From an uncultured Microthrixaceae bacterium (GTDB lineage Bacteria; Actinomycetota; Acidimicrobiia; Acidimicrobiales; VFJN01): a stretch of DNA of 64,000 bases. A program made the translations under genes and the position numbers. Location of the stretch: positions 33,327 through 97,326 of the forward strand of contig CAVPEW010000042.1 of the NCBI GenBank assembly GCA_963703565.1. The letters run 5' to 3'. The notes beneath the pieces are model-generated. The model did no database searches and was not told where the DNA came from. It worked only from the letters and a program-made list of their open reading frames with translations. This document shows positions 46,400 to 56,369 of this stretch, piece after piece (positions within the stretch are counted from its first letter, which is position 1; the number at the start of each line of letters is the position of its first letter).

Positions 46400-47404
46400 G
46401 TGCGCGTCGCGGTGATCGGTGCCGGAGCCTGGGGCACGACGCTGGCCAGCGTGGTCGCATCGCGGCAGGCCGTGGTGCTGTGGGCCCGCCGGCCGGAGGC
46501 GGCGAAGGCCATGCGGGAACGCCGCGAGAACGTGGAGCACCTGCGCGGCCACCGGCTGCCCGACGAGCTCGCCGTGACCGCCTCGTTGGCGGACGCGCTG
46601 GCGGGAGCCGACGTGGTCGCCATGGCCGTTCCGACGGCGGGGATGCGTGCCGTGCTCGGTGCCATGGTCCCTCACCTGGCTCCCCGCGTGCCGGTGGTGA
46701 GCCTCGCCAAGGGCTTCGAGCGCGGCACCGGAGCGCGGATGACCGAGATCGTGGCCGAGGTGCTGCCCCGCAACCCGCCCGCCGTGCTCACCGGGCCGAA
46801 CCTGGCCGGCGAGATCCTCGCCGGGCACGCCGCGGCCAGCGTGCTCGCAGCTCACGACGAGGCGCTCGCCGCCGAGCTGCGACCGGCGTTCGCCACGGCC
46901 TCGCTGCGCGTCTACACCCATTCCGACGTGGTGGGCTGTGAGGTCGCCGGCGCGTTGAAGAACGTCATCGCCATCGCCTCGGGCATGGCCGACGGGCTCG
47001 GCACCGGCGACAACACCCGGGCGACCGTGATCACCCGCGGCCTGGCCGAGCTGTCCCGGCTGGGGACCGCCATGGGGGGCGATGCCACCACCTTCGCCGG
47101 GCTGGCCGGGATGGGCGATCTCATCGCCACCTGCAGCTCGCCTCTGAGCCGCAACCGCGCCGTTGGCGCGGCGCTGGGTCGGGGCGAGCGGCCCGACGTG
47201 ACGGTCGCCGCGGTGGGAGGTGTCGCGGAGGGGGTCGCCACCAGCGCTGTCGCCCTCGCACTGGGGCGCCGCCACGGGGTGGAGCTGCCCATCACCGAGG
47301 AGGTGCACGCCGTGTGCCATCTCGGCCGTCCCGCCCGGGAGGCCTACGAACGACTCCTGGCCCGGCCGGAGCGCTCCGAGGTGCACGGGCACCGCCCCCG
47401 GTAG
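46400..47404 (+). CDS. gpsA: NAD(P)H-dependent glycerol-3-phosphate dehydrogenase
   Basis: VAVIGAGAWGTTLA, GPNLAGEI and GALKNVIAIA.G..DGLG.GDN. Confidence 0.9.
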   Translation: MRVAVIGAGAWGTTLASVVASRQAVVLWARRPEAAKAMRERRENVEHLRGHRLPDELAVTASLADALAGADVVAMAVPTAGMRAVLGAMVPHLAPRVPVVSLAKGFERGTGARMTEIVAEVLPRNPPAVLTGPNLAGEILAGHAAASVLAAHDEALAAELRPAFATASLRVYTHSDVVGCEVAGALKNVIAIASGMADGLGTGDNTRATVITRGLAELSRLGTAMGGDATTFAGLAGMGDLIATCSSPLSRNRAVGAALGRGERPDVTVAAVGGVAEGVATSAVALALGRRHGVELPITEEVHAVCHLGRPAREAYERLLARPERSEVHGHRPR

Positions 47405-47416
47405 TAGCCAACTGCG

Positions 47417-49126
47417 GTGGCCCGACGACGGACCTCGCATCCCGACGGTGGCCGCGCGGACGCGACGGGGCAGTGGCCGGCCGACTGGGTCGGGCCGTAC
47501 CAGGCCGGGTCGCCTGCTCCGGTGGCCACCCGGGTCGGTGTCCTCGACGGAGAGGGACCCGCATGGGTGGATCCCCGCGGCCTGGTCGTCACGTCGGGGG
47601 TGGCCGTCGACTGGTGGGTGGGTTCCGAGCAGCGATGGCACCTGCCCGCCACCGAGGTCGGGGTACGCCAGGCGCTCCTGGGTGGGGCTCCGGTCGTCGA
47701 GACGCGGGTACGGGTCCCTTCGGGTGACGCCGTCGCTCGCACCTACGGGGCCAGGACCCCTTCGGGCGCTGCCGTCGTCGTCGAGATCACCAACGACAGC
47801 GCCGCTCCCCTCGCCGTGGCGCTGGCGGTGCGGCCCCACGACCTGACCGGTCCGGTGTCGATCACCGAGGTGGCCGTCGATGGCGGCGAGGTGCGCGCCG
47901 ACGGCAGGCTGGTGCTCGTCGCCGAGCGGCCGCCCCACCACGGCGTGGTCGGCGATGCGTCGCGCGACGTGGCAGCGGTCGTGACCAGCAACGGGGCCCG
48001 CCCGCTGCCCGGAGGCGCCGCTCGGCAGCGTTGCGGGCTCGGCCGCGCCCAGGCCGCGTTGGTCTTCGCCCTGTCCCACCGCGCCACGCTGAGGGCCCTG
48101 GTCCCCCTGTCGGGGGAGCCGGGACCCGTGCCCGACGCTGCCTCGGTCGCGTCGGGCTGGGCCGCCCAGCGCGCACGAGGAGCGCGCCTGGTCCCCCCAG
48201 CGGGGCGCCTCGCCGACGCGCTGGCCGCCACCAGGTGCCACCTCCTGCTGGGCTCCACCGACCGTGGCGCCCCGGTCTCGGCCGGGCAGGTCGAACCGGT
48301 GGTTGTCGCCCTGGCCGAGTTGGGCTTGGCCGACGAGGCGGCGACGGTGTTGGGGGCGGCCCTTCGGGCCGGCACGGTCGACTGCGCCTGGGTGAGGGCG
48401 ACGGCCCGCCACCTGCGACTCGCCGGGACCCTGCCGGCTCCTGCCGGCGAGGTCGCACCGGCGGTCGCTGCCGCCCTGGAGGCCCGTTTGCGAGCCGTTT
48501 CGCCCACGCTGGGCACGGATGCGGTCGACCTGGCCGAGGCTCTCACCGCCGGTGCACAGATCCTCGACATCGTGGGTGAGGACCGTGCGGCCGCCGACAC
48601 CCGCCGGGCCCTGGACCGGCTGGGCGTGGGGCCCCTCGCCGGGGGTGCCGTTCGCGCCGACGGGGTCGAGCTGCGCGACTCGCTGGCGCAGGCGTCGGCG
48701 ACCTGGGCGTGGCCCGCCGAGGCCGACGCCGGCGGGCGCGCCGATCCCCACGACCTCGCCCGCACGGCGCGGTTCGTGTCGGCGGCGCGCCGGGCCCTGG
48801 TCGCGGAGGTCCCCTCCGGTGCGAACGGCGACGAGCTGGCTCTCGCCCCTCTAGTGCCCGACGACTGGCTGGGCCAGAGCTGGGAGGTGCACGACGCACC
48901 TACGGCGCTCGGTACGGCGAGCTACGCGGTGCGCTGGCACGGTGCGCGCCCGGCTTTGCTGTGGGAGGTCCAGGACCCGCCCGGCGGGGTACCCCCGCTG
49001 GTGCGAGCGCCGGGGCTGGACCCACGATGGTCGAGTCGCGAGGCGCGAGGTGAGGTGCTGCTCGCTGCGCCGAGCGGAGCGGCCGGCGCGCGCGCCGGGA
49101 CGGCGGCGGGGGGGGTGCGGTCGTGA
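47417..49126 (+). CDS. Hypothetical protein (569 aa)
   Basis: A long uninterrupted frame with non-repetitive composition. Its stop overlaps the start of the cyclase gene (GTGA at 49123-49126). No domain recognised. Confidence 0.55.
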   Translation: MARRRTSHPDGGRADATGQWPADWVGPYQAGSPAPVATRVGVLDGEGPAWVDPRGLVVTSGVAVDWWVGSEQRWHLPATEVGVRQALLGGAPVVETRVRVPSGDAVARTYGARTPSGAAVVVEITNDSAAPLAVALAVRPHDLTGPVSITEVAVDGGEVRADGRLVLVAERPPHHGVVGDASRDVAAVVTSNGARPLPGGAARQRCGLGRAQAALVFALSHRATLRALVPLSGEPGPVPDAASVASGWAAQRARGARLVPPAGRLADALAATRCHLLLGSTDRGAPVSAGQVEPVVVALAELGLADEAATVLGAALRAGTVDCAWVRATARHLRLAGTLPAPAGEVAPAVAAALEARLRAVSPTLGTDAVDLAEALTAGAQILDIVGEDRAAADTRRALDRLGVGPLAGGAVRADGVELRDSLAQASATWAWPAEADAGGRADPHDLARTARFVSAARRALVAEVPSGANGDELALAPLVPDDWLGQSWEVHDAPTALGTASYAVRWHGARPALLWEVQDPPGGVPPLVRAPGLDPRWSSREARGEVLLAAPSGAAGARAGTAAGGVRS

Positions 49127-50355
49127 CCGACGAGGACGACGTGGTGGGCGACGACCCCGACCGGCGCGAACCCGGCCGGTCGATGTTCCTGGGCGTGCTG
49201 CGTTCGCTGGGCGTCGGGGAGGAGGCGATCCCCGACACCGACCAGGACGAGGTCCTGATGCTCCAGGCGGTCGAGCACCTCGTCGACATGCCCGAGCCCG
49301 ACGCCGACCTGGACCAGGCGGCGCTTCGCGCGGGGATCAGCGTCGAGCAGGTGCGCCAGATCTGGCGGTCGCTGGGCTTCACCGACCCGGCTCCGGGCGA
49401 GAGGGTCTTCACCGACCAGGACATCGAGAACATGGCCACCGTCGGCCGCCTCGTCGACACGGGCGCCGTGCCCTTCGAGGTGGCCCTGCAGGTCACCCGC
49501 GTGCTGGGCTCGTCGTCGGCGCGCATCGCCGAGTCGCTCATCGACGCGGTCGCGGGACGGAGCCTCGCGGCGTCGACCGGCAAGCCGATGGGCGACGCGG
49601 GCGTCGCCCAGGCGGCGGCGTTCCTGCCCCAGTTCTCCGACATCCTCCTGCACGTGTGGCGCCGGCACCTGCAGACCGCGGCCAGGCGGCGGCTGCTGCG
49701 CGCCGGCGGCGACGAGTCGCGTGCGAGCGTCGTCGGCTTCGCCGATCTGGTGCAGTTCACCGCCTTGTCCCAGCAGCTCTCCAACGACGAGCTCGCCGGT
49801 CTCGTCGGGCTGTTCGAGCAGCTGGCCTACGACGTGATCCTCGCCGGCGGCGGCCGGGTGGTCAAGACGATCGGTGACGAGGTCATGTTCCTCGTCGACG
49901 ACGTCGTCGCCGGCGCTGAGATCGCCCTGGGCCTCGCCGAGGCGTCGCGCGACACGACGCTGTTGCCCGACGTGCGCGTCGGCCTGGCCCTGGGACCGGT
50001 GCTCGAGCGCGACGGCGACGTCTACGGCCCCACGGTGAACCTGGCGAGCCGCATCACCGGTATCGCCCACCCCGGCAGCGTCGTGGTGCCCAAGGAGGTC
50101 CGCGACGAGCTCGAAGGCCACGCCGGCTTCGCGTTGCGCCCCATCCGGGCACGCTCGCTCAAGCACCTCGGCAGGGTCCCCCTGTGGACGCTCGTGCGCC
50201 GCGCCGACGACCGGCCCAACACGATGCGCCAGCTCATCGACGACCAGCGGCGGCTGGTGCTGACCGCAGTGCGGGAGCGTCTGGCCTCGCTCGGCGATCT
50301 GCTGCCGGGGGACGTGAGCCTGCCGGTGGAGCGCGGCGACCGGGAGCACCCCTGA
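49123..50355 (+). CDS. Class III adenylate/guanylate cyclase domain protein
   Basis: The C-terminal catalytic domain has VVGFADLVQFT, KTIGDEVMF and GPTVNLASR. The N-terminal region of about 190 aa has unknown function. Confidence 0.85.
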   Translation: MTDEDDVVGDDPDRREPGRSMFLGVLRSLGVGEEAIPDTDQDEVLMLQAVEHLVDMPEPDADLDQAALRAGISVEQVRQIWRSLGFTDPAPGERVFTDQDIENMATVGRLVDTGAVPFEVALQVTRVLGSSSARIAESLIDAVAGRSLAASTGKPMGDAGVAQAAAFLPQFSDILLHVWRRHLQTAARRRLLRAGGDESRASVVGFADLVQFTALSQQLSNDELAGLVGLFEQLAYDVILAGGGRVVKTIGDEVMFLVDDVVAGAEIALGLAEASRDTTLLPDVRVGLALGPVLERDGDVYGPTVNLASRITGIAHPGSVVVPKEVRDELEGHAGFALRPIRARSLKHLGRVPLWTLVRRADDRPNTMRQLIDDQRRLVLTAVRERLASLGDLLPGDVSLPVERGDREHP

Positions 50356-50417
50356 GGGGACGCCGGCGGCACCTCGCCGTGGCGATCCTCCCGGGCGGCG
50401 CCGGCGGCGAGCGCCGG

Positions 50418-51062
50418 TCAGCCCGCGCGTCGCGCCCACACCGCGAACAGCGGATCGCCGCGGTGGGGAGCGGGGTCGCGACGCTGCGAGGTGGGCGCCT
50501 CGAAGCCGCCGGCGAGGGCGAAGTACCGCTCGACAATGGCCACGTGGCCGGCGTCGTCGGTGGCCAGCCAGCCCCGGATCGCCTTGGTGGGGAAGCAGCG
50601 GTTCGAGAAGGTCGTCACGAACAGCCCGCCGGGGCGAAGCACCCGGGCGACCTCCGCGAAGACCTCCAGGGGCCGCACCAGGTAGTCGACCGACACGCAG
50701 CAGGTGACAGCGTCGAACGACGCGTCCGGGAAGCCGAGCGTGGGGTCGGCGTTGAGGTCGTGGCGCACCGTGGCCGTAGCGGCCGCGTTGGCGGCCAGCT
50801 CGGAGTCGTTCATGCCCAGCACGGTCAGGCTCGCCGGCGGCGTGCGGAAGTGCGAGATCCACGAGCCCATGAGGTCGAGGACGTCGCCGGCCAGGCCCAG
50901 CTCGTCGTAGAGGGCGCCCACCGCGGCGATGGCGTCGTCGTCGATGTGGGTGACCAGTCGCGGGGGAGCGTAGAAGCGGGCGTCGTCGCCGTCGGCCCGC
51001 TCGAAGAAGCCGGGAGGGAATGCCTCGTACGCGCGAGGACCCGGCGCGGGGCGCTCAGCCAC
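50418..51062 (-). CDS. Class I SAM-dependent methyltransferase
   Basis: VLDLMGS is a degenerate motif I. FDAVTCCVSVDYL and LRPGGLFV are Methyltransf_11-like. GTG 51062 overlaps the GH38 stop by 8 nt. An alternative start is ATG 51095. Confidence 0.65.
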   Translation of the reverse strand: MAERPAPGPRAYEAFPPGFFERADGDDARFYAPPRLVTHIDDDAIAAVGALYDELGLAGDVLDLMGSWISHFRTPPASLTVLGMNDSELAANAAATATVRHDLNADPTLGFPDASFDAVTCCVSVDYLVRPLEVFAEVARVLRPGGLFVTTFSNRCFPTKAIRGWLATDDAGHVAIVERYFALAGGFEAPTSQRRDPAPHRGDPLFAVWARRAG

Positions 51063-53742
51063 GCTGCGCTCCGGGCTCCCGTGCCGGCGCCCCATCGGCG
51101 TCCAGCTCGACGGTGGCGACCTTCCAAGGGCCCAACGCAAGAGAACCGGTGAACGCCGAGACCGGCCGGCCCTGCAGGTCGACCACCCGGCCCCGTCGGC
51201 CCTCCAGGGTCACCGTCACCGGCTGCGGGGTCGGGTTGTGGACCCGTACCGTGGGCCCATCGCCGGGGTGGGTCAGTGCGCTGAGCGTTGCGCCGCCCAG
51301 CGAGAGCACCTGGTGCCGGCGGGGGAGGGTCCCACCGCCGGCGAGCACCACCGGTAGCGGGACCAGGGCGTCCTCGGTCACCGCGAAGGGGTCGCGTCCG
51401 GCGGTGTGCAGAGCCAGGCGCAGCCGCACGCGCCGCTGGAGCTGGGGTCCCTCGAGGGCCAGCAGCGGCCCCGCGGGCAGCGGCCGGGTGGCCATGGACC
51501 CCTGCGAGAGCATGCCGGTCGCTCTAACAAGGGTCACCGCCAGCGTGCGGGCCGTCGCGGCCGAGGGGTCGACATCGACCAGCTCGTACTCGCACGGGCC
51601 CTCGTGGACCACGGTGAGCCCGCCGGCTCGCACGAAGCGCCGGGACGGGAAGGTGCCCACGGCGGCCTCGGTCGGCCCGCCCTCGCCCTGCAGGCCCCGG
51701 CGCACCACTGCGAAGGCGCACTCGGCCTCGCTGGCGGTGGCCGGCTGGGGCAGCGGCAGGTGGAGCCGCAGCCGATGGTCCCGCACGCCGTGGTTGTCGA
51801 GCTCGATCGTGACTCCCACCACGTCGGCACCGGCGCGCAGCTCCAGGGTGGTGTCGACCTCGACCGCACGGTCGCCCACCCGGCGGCCGGCTTCGACGCA
51901 GGCCGGCCACCGGTATCGACGCCGAACCCGCATCCGGGCCCGCAGCGGGCCCCGTTCGAGCACTTCGACCTGCACGGCCTCGGGGTCTGCCAGAAGCTCG
52001 TCGTGCGGGGGTGGGCACCAGTTGTAGGTGTCGCCCACGTCGCCGCCGTCGACGAGCAGGCCCATCCCGGCGGTCCCGTCGAGACAGAACGTGCCGGAGG
52101 CGGCGTCGAGGGCGACCTCGACCAGCCCGTTCGACATCGTCGTGTCGGTCACGACCACCGGCTGGATCGGCGGGCCGGGCGCAGGGCCGGCGCTGGGCAG
52201 CGGCGCCCAGCCCAGCCCCGGGACCGGCCCGGTCGCCGCCAGCACGGTCACGGTGGGAGGTCCGGTGACGTGCACCGCCACCGCTTCGCCCCCTCGTGCG
52301 CCTCGCAGGGCCTCGAGGCGAGCTCGCAGCGCGGGGGTGATCAGCGTGGCGTCGGCTGCACGCCTCACCTCGAGGAGCACCTCGCCAGCGCCGGCGCCGG
52401 CCGTCTCGAGACGGAAGCCCTCGATGCCCGCCAGGTACTCCATCTCGGCGACCATGACGCTGGCCGTGGCGAGGTCGGTGGTCGTCAGGAGCCGGTCGGC
52501 CGGCGACCGTCCCAGCTCCTGGCTCAGCGGTGGCGCCTCCTCGCCGGGCACGAGTACCTCCACCACCCCGGCACGGGTGCGGCCGGAGGGGTTGACCACC
52601 ACCGGGCCGTCCCCGGCGATCGAGGTGGCGATCGCCTCCAGCGCCCCCGCGGCAAGTCCCTCGGCGATGCGGGTCGCCTCCGCGTAGCGCACCAGCACCG
52701 CGTCGACCACCTCGTCGTGCGAGCAGGCGCAGATCGAGTCGTGGGCGCTGTTTCGCAGCATCTCGAGCCAGGCGGCGTCGAGCAGTGCAGCGGGCCATGC
52801 CGCTCGGGGCGATGTCGGGCCGAGCGTGGCTCGGGCCATGGTGCACAGCGGTTCGGCCAGCTGCTCGAGCGACCGCTCGGCGACCGCCGCGGCGGCCTTG
52901 ACGTCGACGCGGTTGGACGCGACGCCCGGGAGCAGGTTGGCTCGCGCAGCCGAGCGCAGCTCGCCCTCCACATGTTCGAGCCCGTCGGTCGGGGCCTGGG
53001 CGAGGTGCTGGGCCAGGCTCACGATGCGAACCCGGGTGGCCGGATCGAGCCGGTCCGCCTCGGCCACCACCTCGGCCAGCCACGGCTGGGGCATCTGGTG
53101 GTCCGTGCCGTTCATCCACAACACGGCGCCGATCGTGCGCCCGTCCTGCTCCGTCGCGAACTCCTCGATGCGCGCCAGCAGGTCCTCCGCTCGGCGCGGG
53201 ACTCGGGCCCCGTTCCCGTATCCCTGGGGTAGGTACTCGGCGCGCACGGTCGACCCGTCGGGGGCGTGCCACCAGAACGCGTTGCGGGTCACCGCTGCGG
53301 GGACGCCCCGCCAGACCACCGCGTGGTCGAAGCCCATCTGGGTCAGCAGTTGGGGCATCTGGGCGACGTGGCCGAACATGTCGGGCAGGTACCCCACCGC
53401 CATGGCGCCACCCAGGGCCTCGGCCCGGGCCCAACCGGTCTGCAGGTTGCGCACCAGGGTCTCGCCCGACACGAGGAACTCGTCGGGCAGCGTGTACCAA
53501 GGGCCCATGGCGAGGCGGCCGGCGCCGGCGAGGCGGGCCAGCCTCGACGCCGCGGAGGGTCGGACGGCCAGGTAGTCGTCGATCACCGCCATCTGGCCGT
53601 CGAGCAGGAAGTGGGCGTAGCCCGGGTCGGACTCGAGCGTGTCGAGCAGGTCGTCGAGCAGGCTGACCAGGCGGAGGCGGAAGGTCTGGAACGGGGCGTA
53701 CCACTCGCGGTCCCAATGGGTGTGGGGGACCACGTCGACCAT
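51055..53742 (-). CDS. Glycoside hydrolase family 38 (alpha-mannosidase / mannosylglycerate hydrolase-like)
   Basis: VVPHTHWDREWY, GPWYTLPDEF and LPDMFGH are GH38 N-terminal catalytic motifs. The start is ATG 53742. Confidence 0.85.
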   Translation of the reverse strand: MVDVVPHTHWDREWYAPFQTFRLRLVSLLDDLLDTLESDPGYAHFLLDGQMAVIDDYLAVRPSAASRLARLAGAGRLAMGPWYTLPDEFLVSGETLVRNLQTGWARAEALGGAMAVGYLPDMFGHVAQMPQLLTQMGFDHAVVWRGVPAAVTRNAFWWHAPDGSTVRAEYLPQGYGNGARVPRRAEDLLARIEEFATEQDGRTIGAVLWMNGTDHQMPQPWLAEVVAEADRLDPATRVRIVSLAQHLAQAPTDGLEHVEGELRSAARANLLPGVASNRVDVKAAAAVAERSLEQLAEPLCTMARATLGPTSPRAAWPAALLDAAWLEMLRNSAHDSICACSHDEVVDAVLVRYAEATRIAEGLAAGALEAIATSIAGDGPVVVNPSGRTRAGVVEVLVPGEEAPPLSQELGRSPADRLLTTTDLATASVMVAEMEYLAGIEGFRLETAGAGAGEVLLEVRRAADATLITPALRARLEALRGARGGEAVAVHVTGPPTVTVLAATGPVPGLGWAPLPSAGPAPGPPIQPVVVTDTTMSNGLVEVALDAASGTFCLDGTAGMGLLVDGGDVGDTYNWCPPPHDELLADPEAVQVEVLERGPLRARMRVRRRYRWPACVEAGRRVGDRAVEVDTTLELRAGADVVGVTIELDNHGVRDHRLRLHLPLPQPATASEAECAFAVVRRGLQGEGGPTEAAVGTFPSRRFVRAGGLTVVHEGPCEYELVDVDPSAATARTLAVTLVRATGMLSQGSMATRPLPAGPLLALEGPQLQRRVRLRLALHTAGRDPFAVTEDALVPLPVVLAGGGTLPRRHQVLSLGGATLSALTHPGDGPTVRVHNPTPQPVTVTLEGRRGRVVDLQGRPVSAFTGSLALGPWKVATVELDADGAPAREPGAQRG

Positions 53743-53832
53743 GGTCGTGGTGCCCCGGCCTGCAGACAGCGCTCTATCGCCACCCATCGCTGCTCCCTCG
53801 GTGCTCGGTCGGTCCCACCGACGGTGAGGGCC

Positions 53833-54642
53833 TCACTCCACCGTCAGGCCGTCGAGGCCCTCCGGTTCGGGCCAGGTCATCCCCAGCCCCTCCAGGGTCG
53901 AGACCAGCAGCGAGGCCACGGCCCAGTTGCGGTACCACTTGTGGTCGGCGGGCACGACGTGCCAGGGGGCAGCATCCGTACTCGTCTCGGTGAGGGCCTC
54001 CTCGTAGGCGCGGCGGTACGCCGACCAGGCGCGCCGGGCCACGAGGTCGGCCGGGTCGAACTTCCACCGCTTGGTCGGATCGGCCAGCCGGGCCTGCAAC
54101 CGCGCCCTCTGCTCGTTGCGGGATATGTGCAGCATCACCTTGACCAGGGTGGTCCCCTCGTCGACGAGCATCGACTCGAAGTCGCGGATGTGTGCGAAGC
54201 GCCGCCGCCACCTGGACTCGGGCGCGAGTTGGCGGACCGCGACCGCGAGCACGTCCTCGTAGTGGGAGCGGTCGAACACCACCAGCTCGCCGTCGGCGGG
54301 GACGTGGGCGTGGACCCTCCACAGGTAGTCCCGGGACAGCTCGACATCGTCGGGGGCCCTGAACGACACGACCCTCACCCCCGCCGGGTTGACCCCCGAG
54401 AGGACCTTGCGGATCGTGCCGCCCTTGCCCGAGGTGTCCATGCCCTGTAGCACCACCAGCACCCGGTGCCGGTGCTCCGCGTGCAGCAGCACCTGCAACG
54501 CCACGAGTCGCGCGCGCAGGTCTTCGGTGGCGGCCTCGGTGGCGTCACGGTCTCCCGGCGCCCCCGGGGTGCCGGCGGGGTCGATGGCGTCGAGGTCGAC
54601 CCGGTGCCGCGGGTCGATCCGGTGCCGGGATGGCGTGGTCAC
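53833..54642 (-). CDS. ppk2: Polyphosphate kinase 2 family protein
   Basis: VLQGMDTSGKGG (Walker A), FDRSHYE, and the lid region RWKF...D. Confidence 0.9.
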   Translation of the reverse strand: MTTPSRHRIDPRHRVDLDAIDPAGTPGAPGDRDATEAATEDLRARLVALQVLLHAEHRHRVLVVLQGMDTSGKGGTIRKVLSGVNPAGVRVVSFRAPDDVELSRDYLWRVHAHVPADGELVVFDRSHYEDVLAVAVRQLAPESRWRRRFAHIRDFESMLVDEGTTLVKVMLHISRNEQRARLQARLADPTKRWKFDPADLVARRAWSAYRRAYEEALTETSTDAAPWHVVPADHKWYRNWAVASLLVSTLEGLGMTWPEPEGLDGLTVE

Positions 54643-54700
54643 CGAACCAGCTTGGTCGATGGGGCCGGTCGCGCCGCGACGGCCCAGCTACCGTGGCCCG

Positions 54701-55423
54701 ATGCCCACCCCGGCCCCGGTGCTGCGACGGGCGCTGCGCTCGAGCGCTCCCACCCTCGCCGTGGAGCGCCGCTGGTGGGCCCAGGGTGCCGAGGTGGTGG
54801 TCGGCATGGACGAGGTGGGTCGCGGGGCGTGGGCGGGACCGTTGACCCTGGCCGCAGCGGTCGTGCCCCGCGATCGACGGGTGTACAAGATCCGCGACTC
54901 CAAGCTCCTGCGCGAGGCCGAGCGCGAGGCCCTCTACGAGCGGGTGAGCGACTGGTGCGTCGGCTGGTCGGTGGGCCATGCCAGCCCGGAGGAGTGCGAC
55001 GAGCTGGGCATGTCCGAGGCCCAGCGCCTCGCCGCGCGCCGTGCGCTGGACGACCTGGGCGTGACCCCCGACCGGGTGCTCGTCGACGGAACCTGGGACT
55101 TCGTCGGAGGCGGGGTGACCGAGACGTTGGTCAAGGGCGACCGCACCTGCTTGAGCATCGCGGCGGCCTCGGTGCTGGCCAAGGTGACCCGCGACCGCAT
55201 CATGCGCGAGGAGGCGGACCACCACCCATGGTGGAGCTTCGACACCAACAAGGGCTATCCGTGCCCCCGGCACCGGGCGGCGCTGGCGGCGATGGGGCCA
55301 TCGGCGATCCACCGTCGCAGCTGGGTGTTCATGGACCACACGATCTGGGCCGGCGTGCCCCGGCTGGTCGCCCCGTCGCCGCTGGCGGCCCCGGCCACCC
55401 CCGGCCAGACCAGACTGCTCTGA
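54701..55423 (+). CDS. rnhB: Ribonuclease HII
   Basis: VVGMDEVGRGAWAGPL, DSKLL, ASVLAKV.RD and KGY. The start is ATG 54701; upstream track-ORF codons are shadow sequence. Confidence 0.9.
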   Translation: MPTPAPVLRRALRSSAPTLAVERRWWAQGAEVVVGMDEVGRGAWAGPLTLAAAVVPRDRRVYKIRDSKLLREAEREALYERVSDWCVGWSVGHASPEECDELGMSEAQRLAARRALDDLGVTPDRVLVDGTWDFVGGGVTETLVKGDRTCLSIAAASVLAKVTRDRIMREEADHHPWWSFDTNKGYPCPRHRAALAAMGPSAIHRRSWVFMDHTIWAGVPRLVAPSPLAAPATPGQTRLL

Positions 55424-55429
55424 ACCCCC

Positions 55430-55942
55430 GTGCCCTTGGGACCGGAGATCGTCACCGAGACCCGCCGGACCCTCGACGACCTGACCGGCATCCGCCTCGG
55501 GCCCCAGGGCTGGGCCCGTGTCGAGAGCGACCTCGACGCCTTGGCCGACGCGGTGGCCCGGGCCGACGATCCCGCTGTGCGCGAGGCGCTCGTGCCGTTG
55601 TCGGGAGCGGTCTTCGAGGGCAAGGTGCGCCGTCGGATGGACCGTGCCGGGCGCAGCTCCCCGCTGGTTGCCCCCACGAAGCAGACCAGCGCTCTGCCGG
55701 CGGTCGGCGCGGTGTGCGCAGCGGTGCTGCTGGTGCTCGGCTATGTGATCGGCGGAGGGCTGGTGCTGGCGGTCACCGCGGTGCTGTCGCTGTTCGTGCT
55801 CGGCGTGGCGTTGGCAGGCAGCCGCACGGCCCGCGAGCGCGACGCTGCCCGACGCGCTCGGCTGACTCGCACCGAGCCCGACGCCACGTCCGCGCCCGGG
55901 CCGGTCCGTTCCCGGGCCTCGGCCATCCTCGACGTGTTGTGA
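55430..55942 (+). CDS. Hypothetical membrane protein
   Basis: A soluble N-terminal part is followed by two hydrophobic helices (LPAVGAVCAAVLLVLGYVIGGGLVLAVTAVLSLFVLGVALAG). No family recognised. Confidence 0.5.
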   Translation: MPLGPEIVTETRRTLDDLTGIRLGPQGWARVESDLDALADAVARADDPAVREALVPLSGAVFEGKVRRRMDRAGRSSPLVAPTKQTSALPAVGAVCAAVLLVLGYVIGGGLVLAVTAVLSLFVLGVALAGSRTARERDAARRARLTRTEPDATSAPGPVRSRASAILDVL

Positions 55943-56019
55943 CCTGCCGGCGGCCCAGCGGGCGTGCAGGCCCAGGGCCGGCCGGCGCCCTCAGGTGCGA
56001 GCCGGCGTGGTCAGGACGG

Positions 56020-56319
56020 TCAGGTCCGCTCGACGGCGGCGGGCAACCTGCCCGTTCGCCGTGCCCACATCCCGGCAGCCGCGCGCTCGGCGACCAGTCG
56101 GGCCAGGGCGACCACGACGCCCGAGCCGACCGTCCAGGTGATGGCCTGGCCCCAGGTGGTGCCGGGCGCAGCCGGGTTCGCCGGTGGCTCGGACCCCCGC
56201 CGGGCCCGCCACGCGCCTTCGACGGCCTTGCGGGCGACCAGCCCGGCGCCCAGAGCCGCCGCGGCGGCGAAGGCGCTCCACAGGTCGTCGGCGTCGAGCT
56301 CGTCTCGGGGCAGGTCCAT
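56020..56319 (-). CDS. DUF4235 domain protein (99 aa)
   Basis: MDLPRDELDADDLWSAFAAAAALGAGLVARKAVEGAWRA...PPANPA...WGQAITW resembles DUF4235. It is only the last 99 codons of the 1158-aa track ORF 56020..59496. Confidence 0.6.
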   Translation of the reverse strand: MDLPRDELDADDLWSAFAAAAALGAGLVARKAVEGAWRARRGSEPPANPAAPGTTWGQAITWTVGSGVVVALARLVAERAAAGMWARRTGRLPAAVERT

Positions 56320-56369
56320 GGGCGATGTCGGGGGGCTCGACGCCTGGCGGCGGGGCGCTGGCGCGGTGC

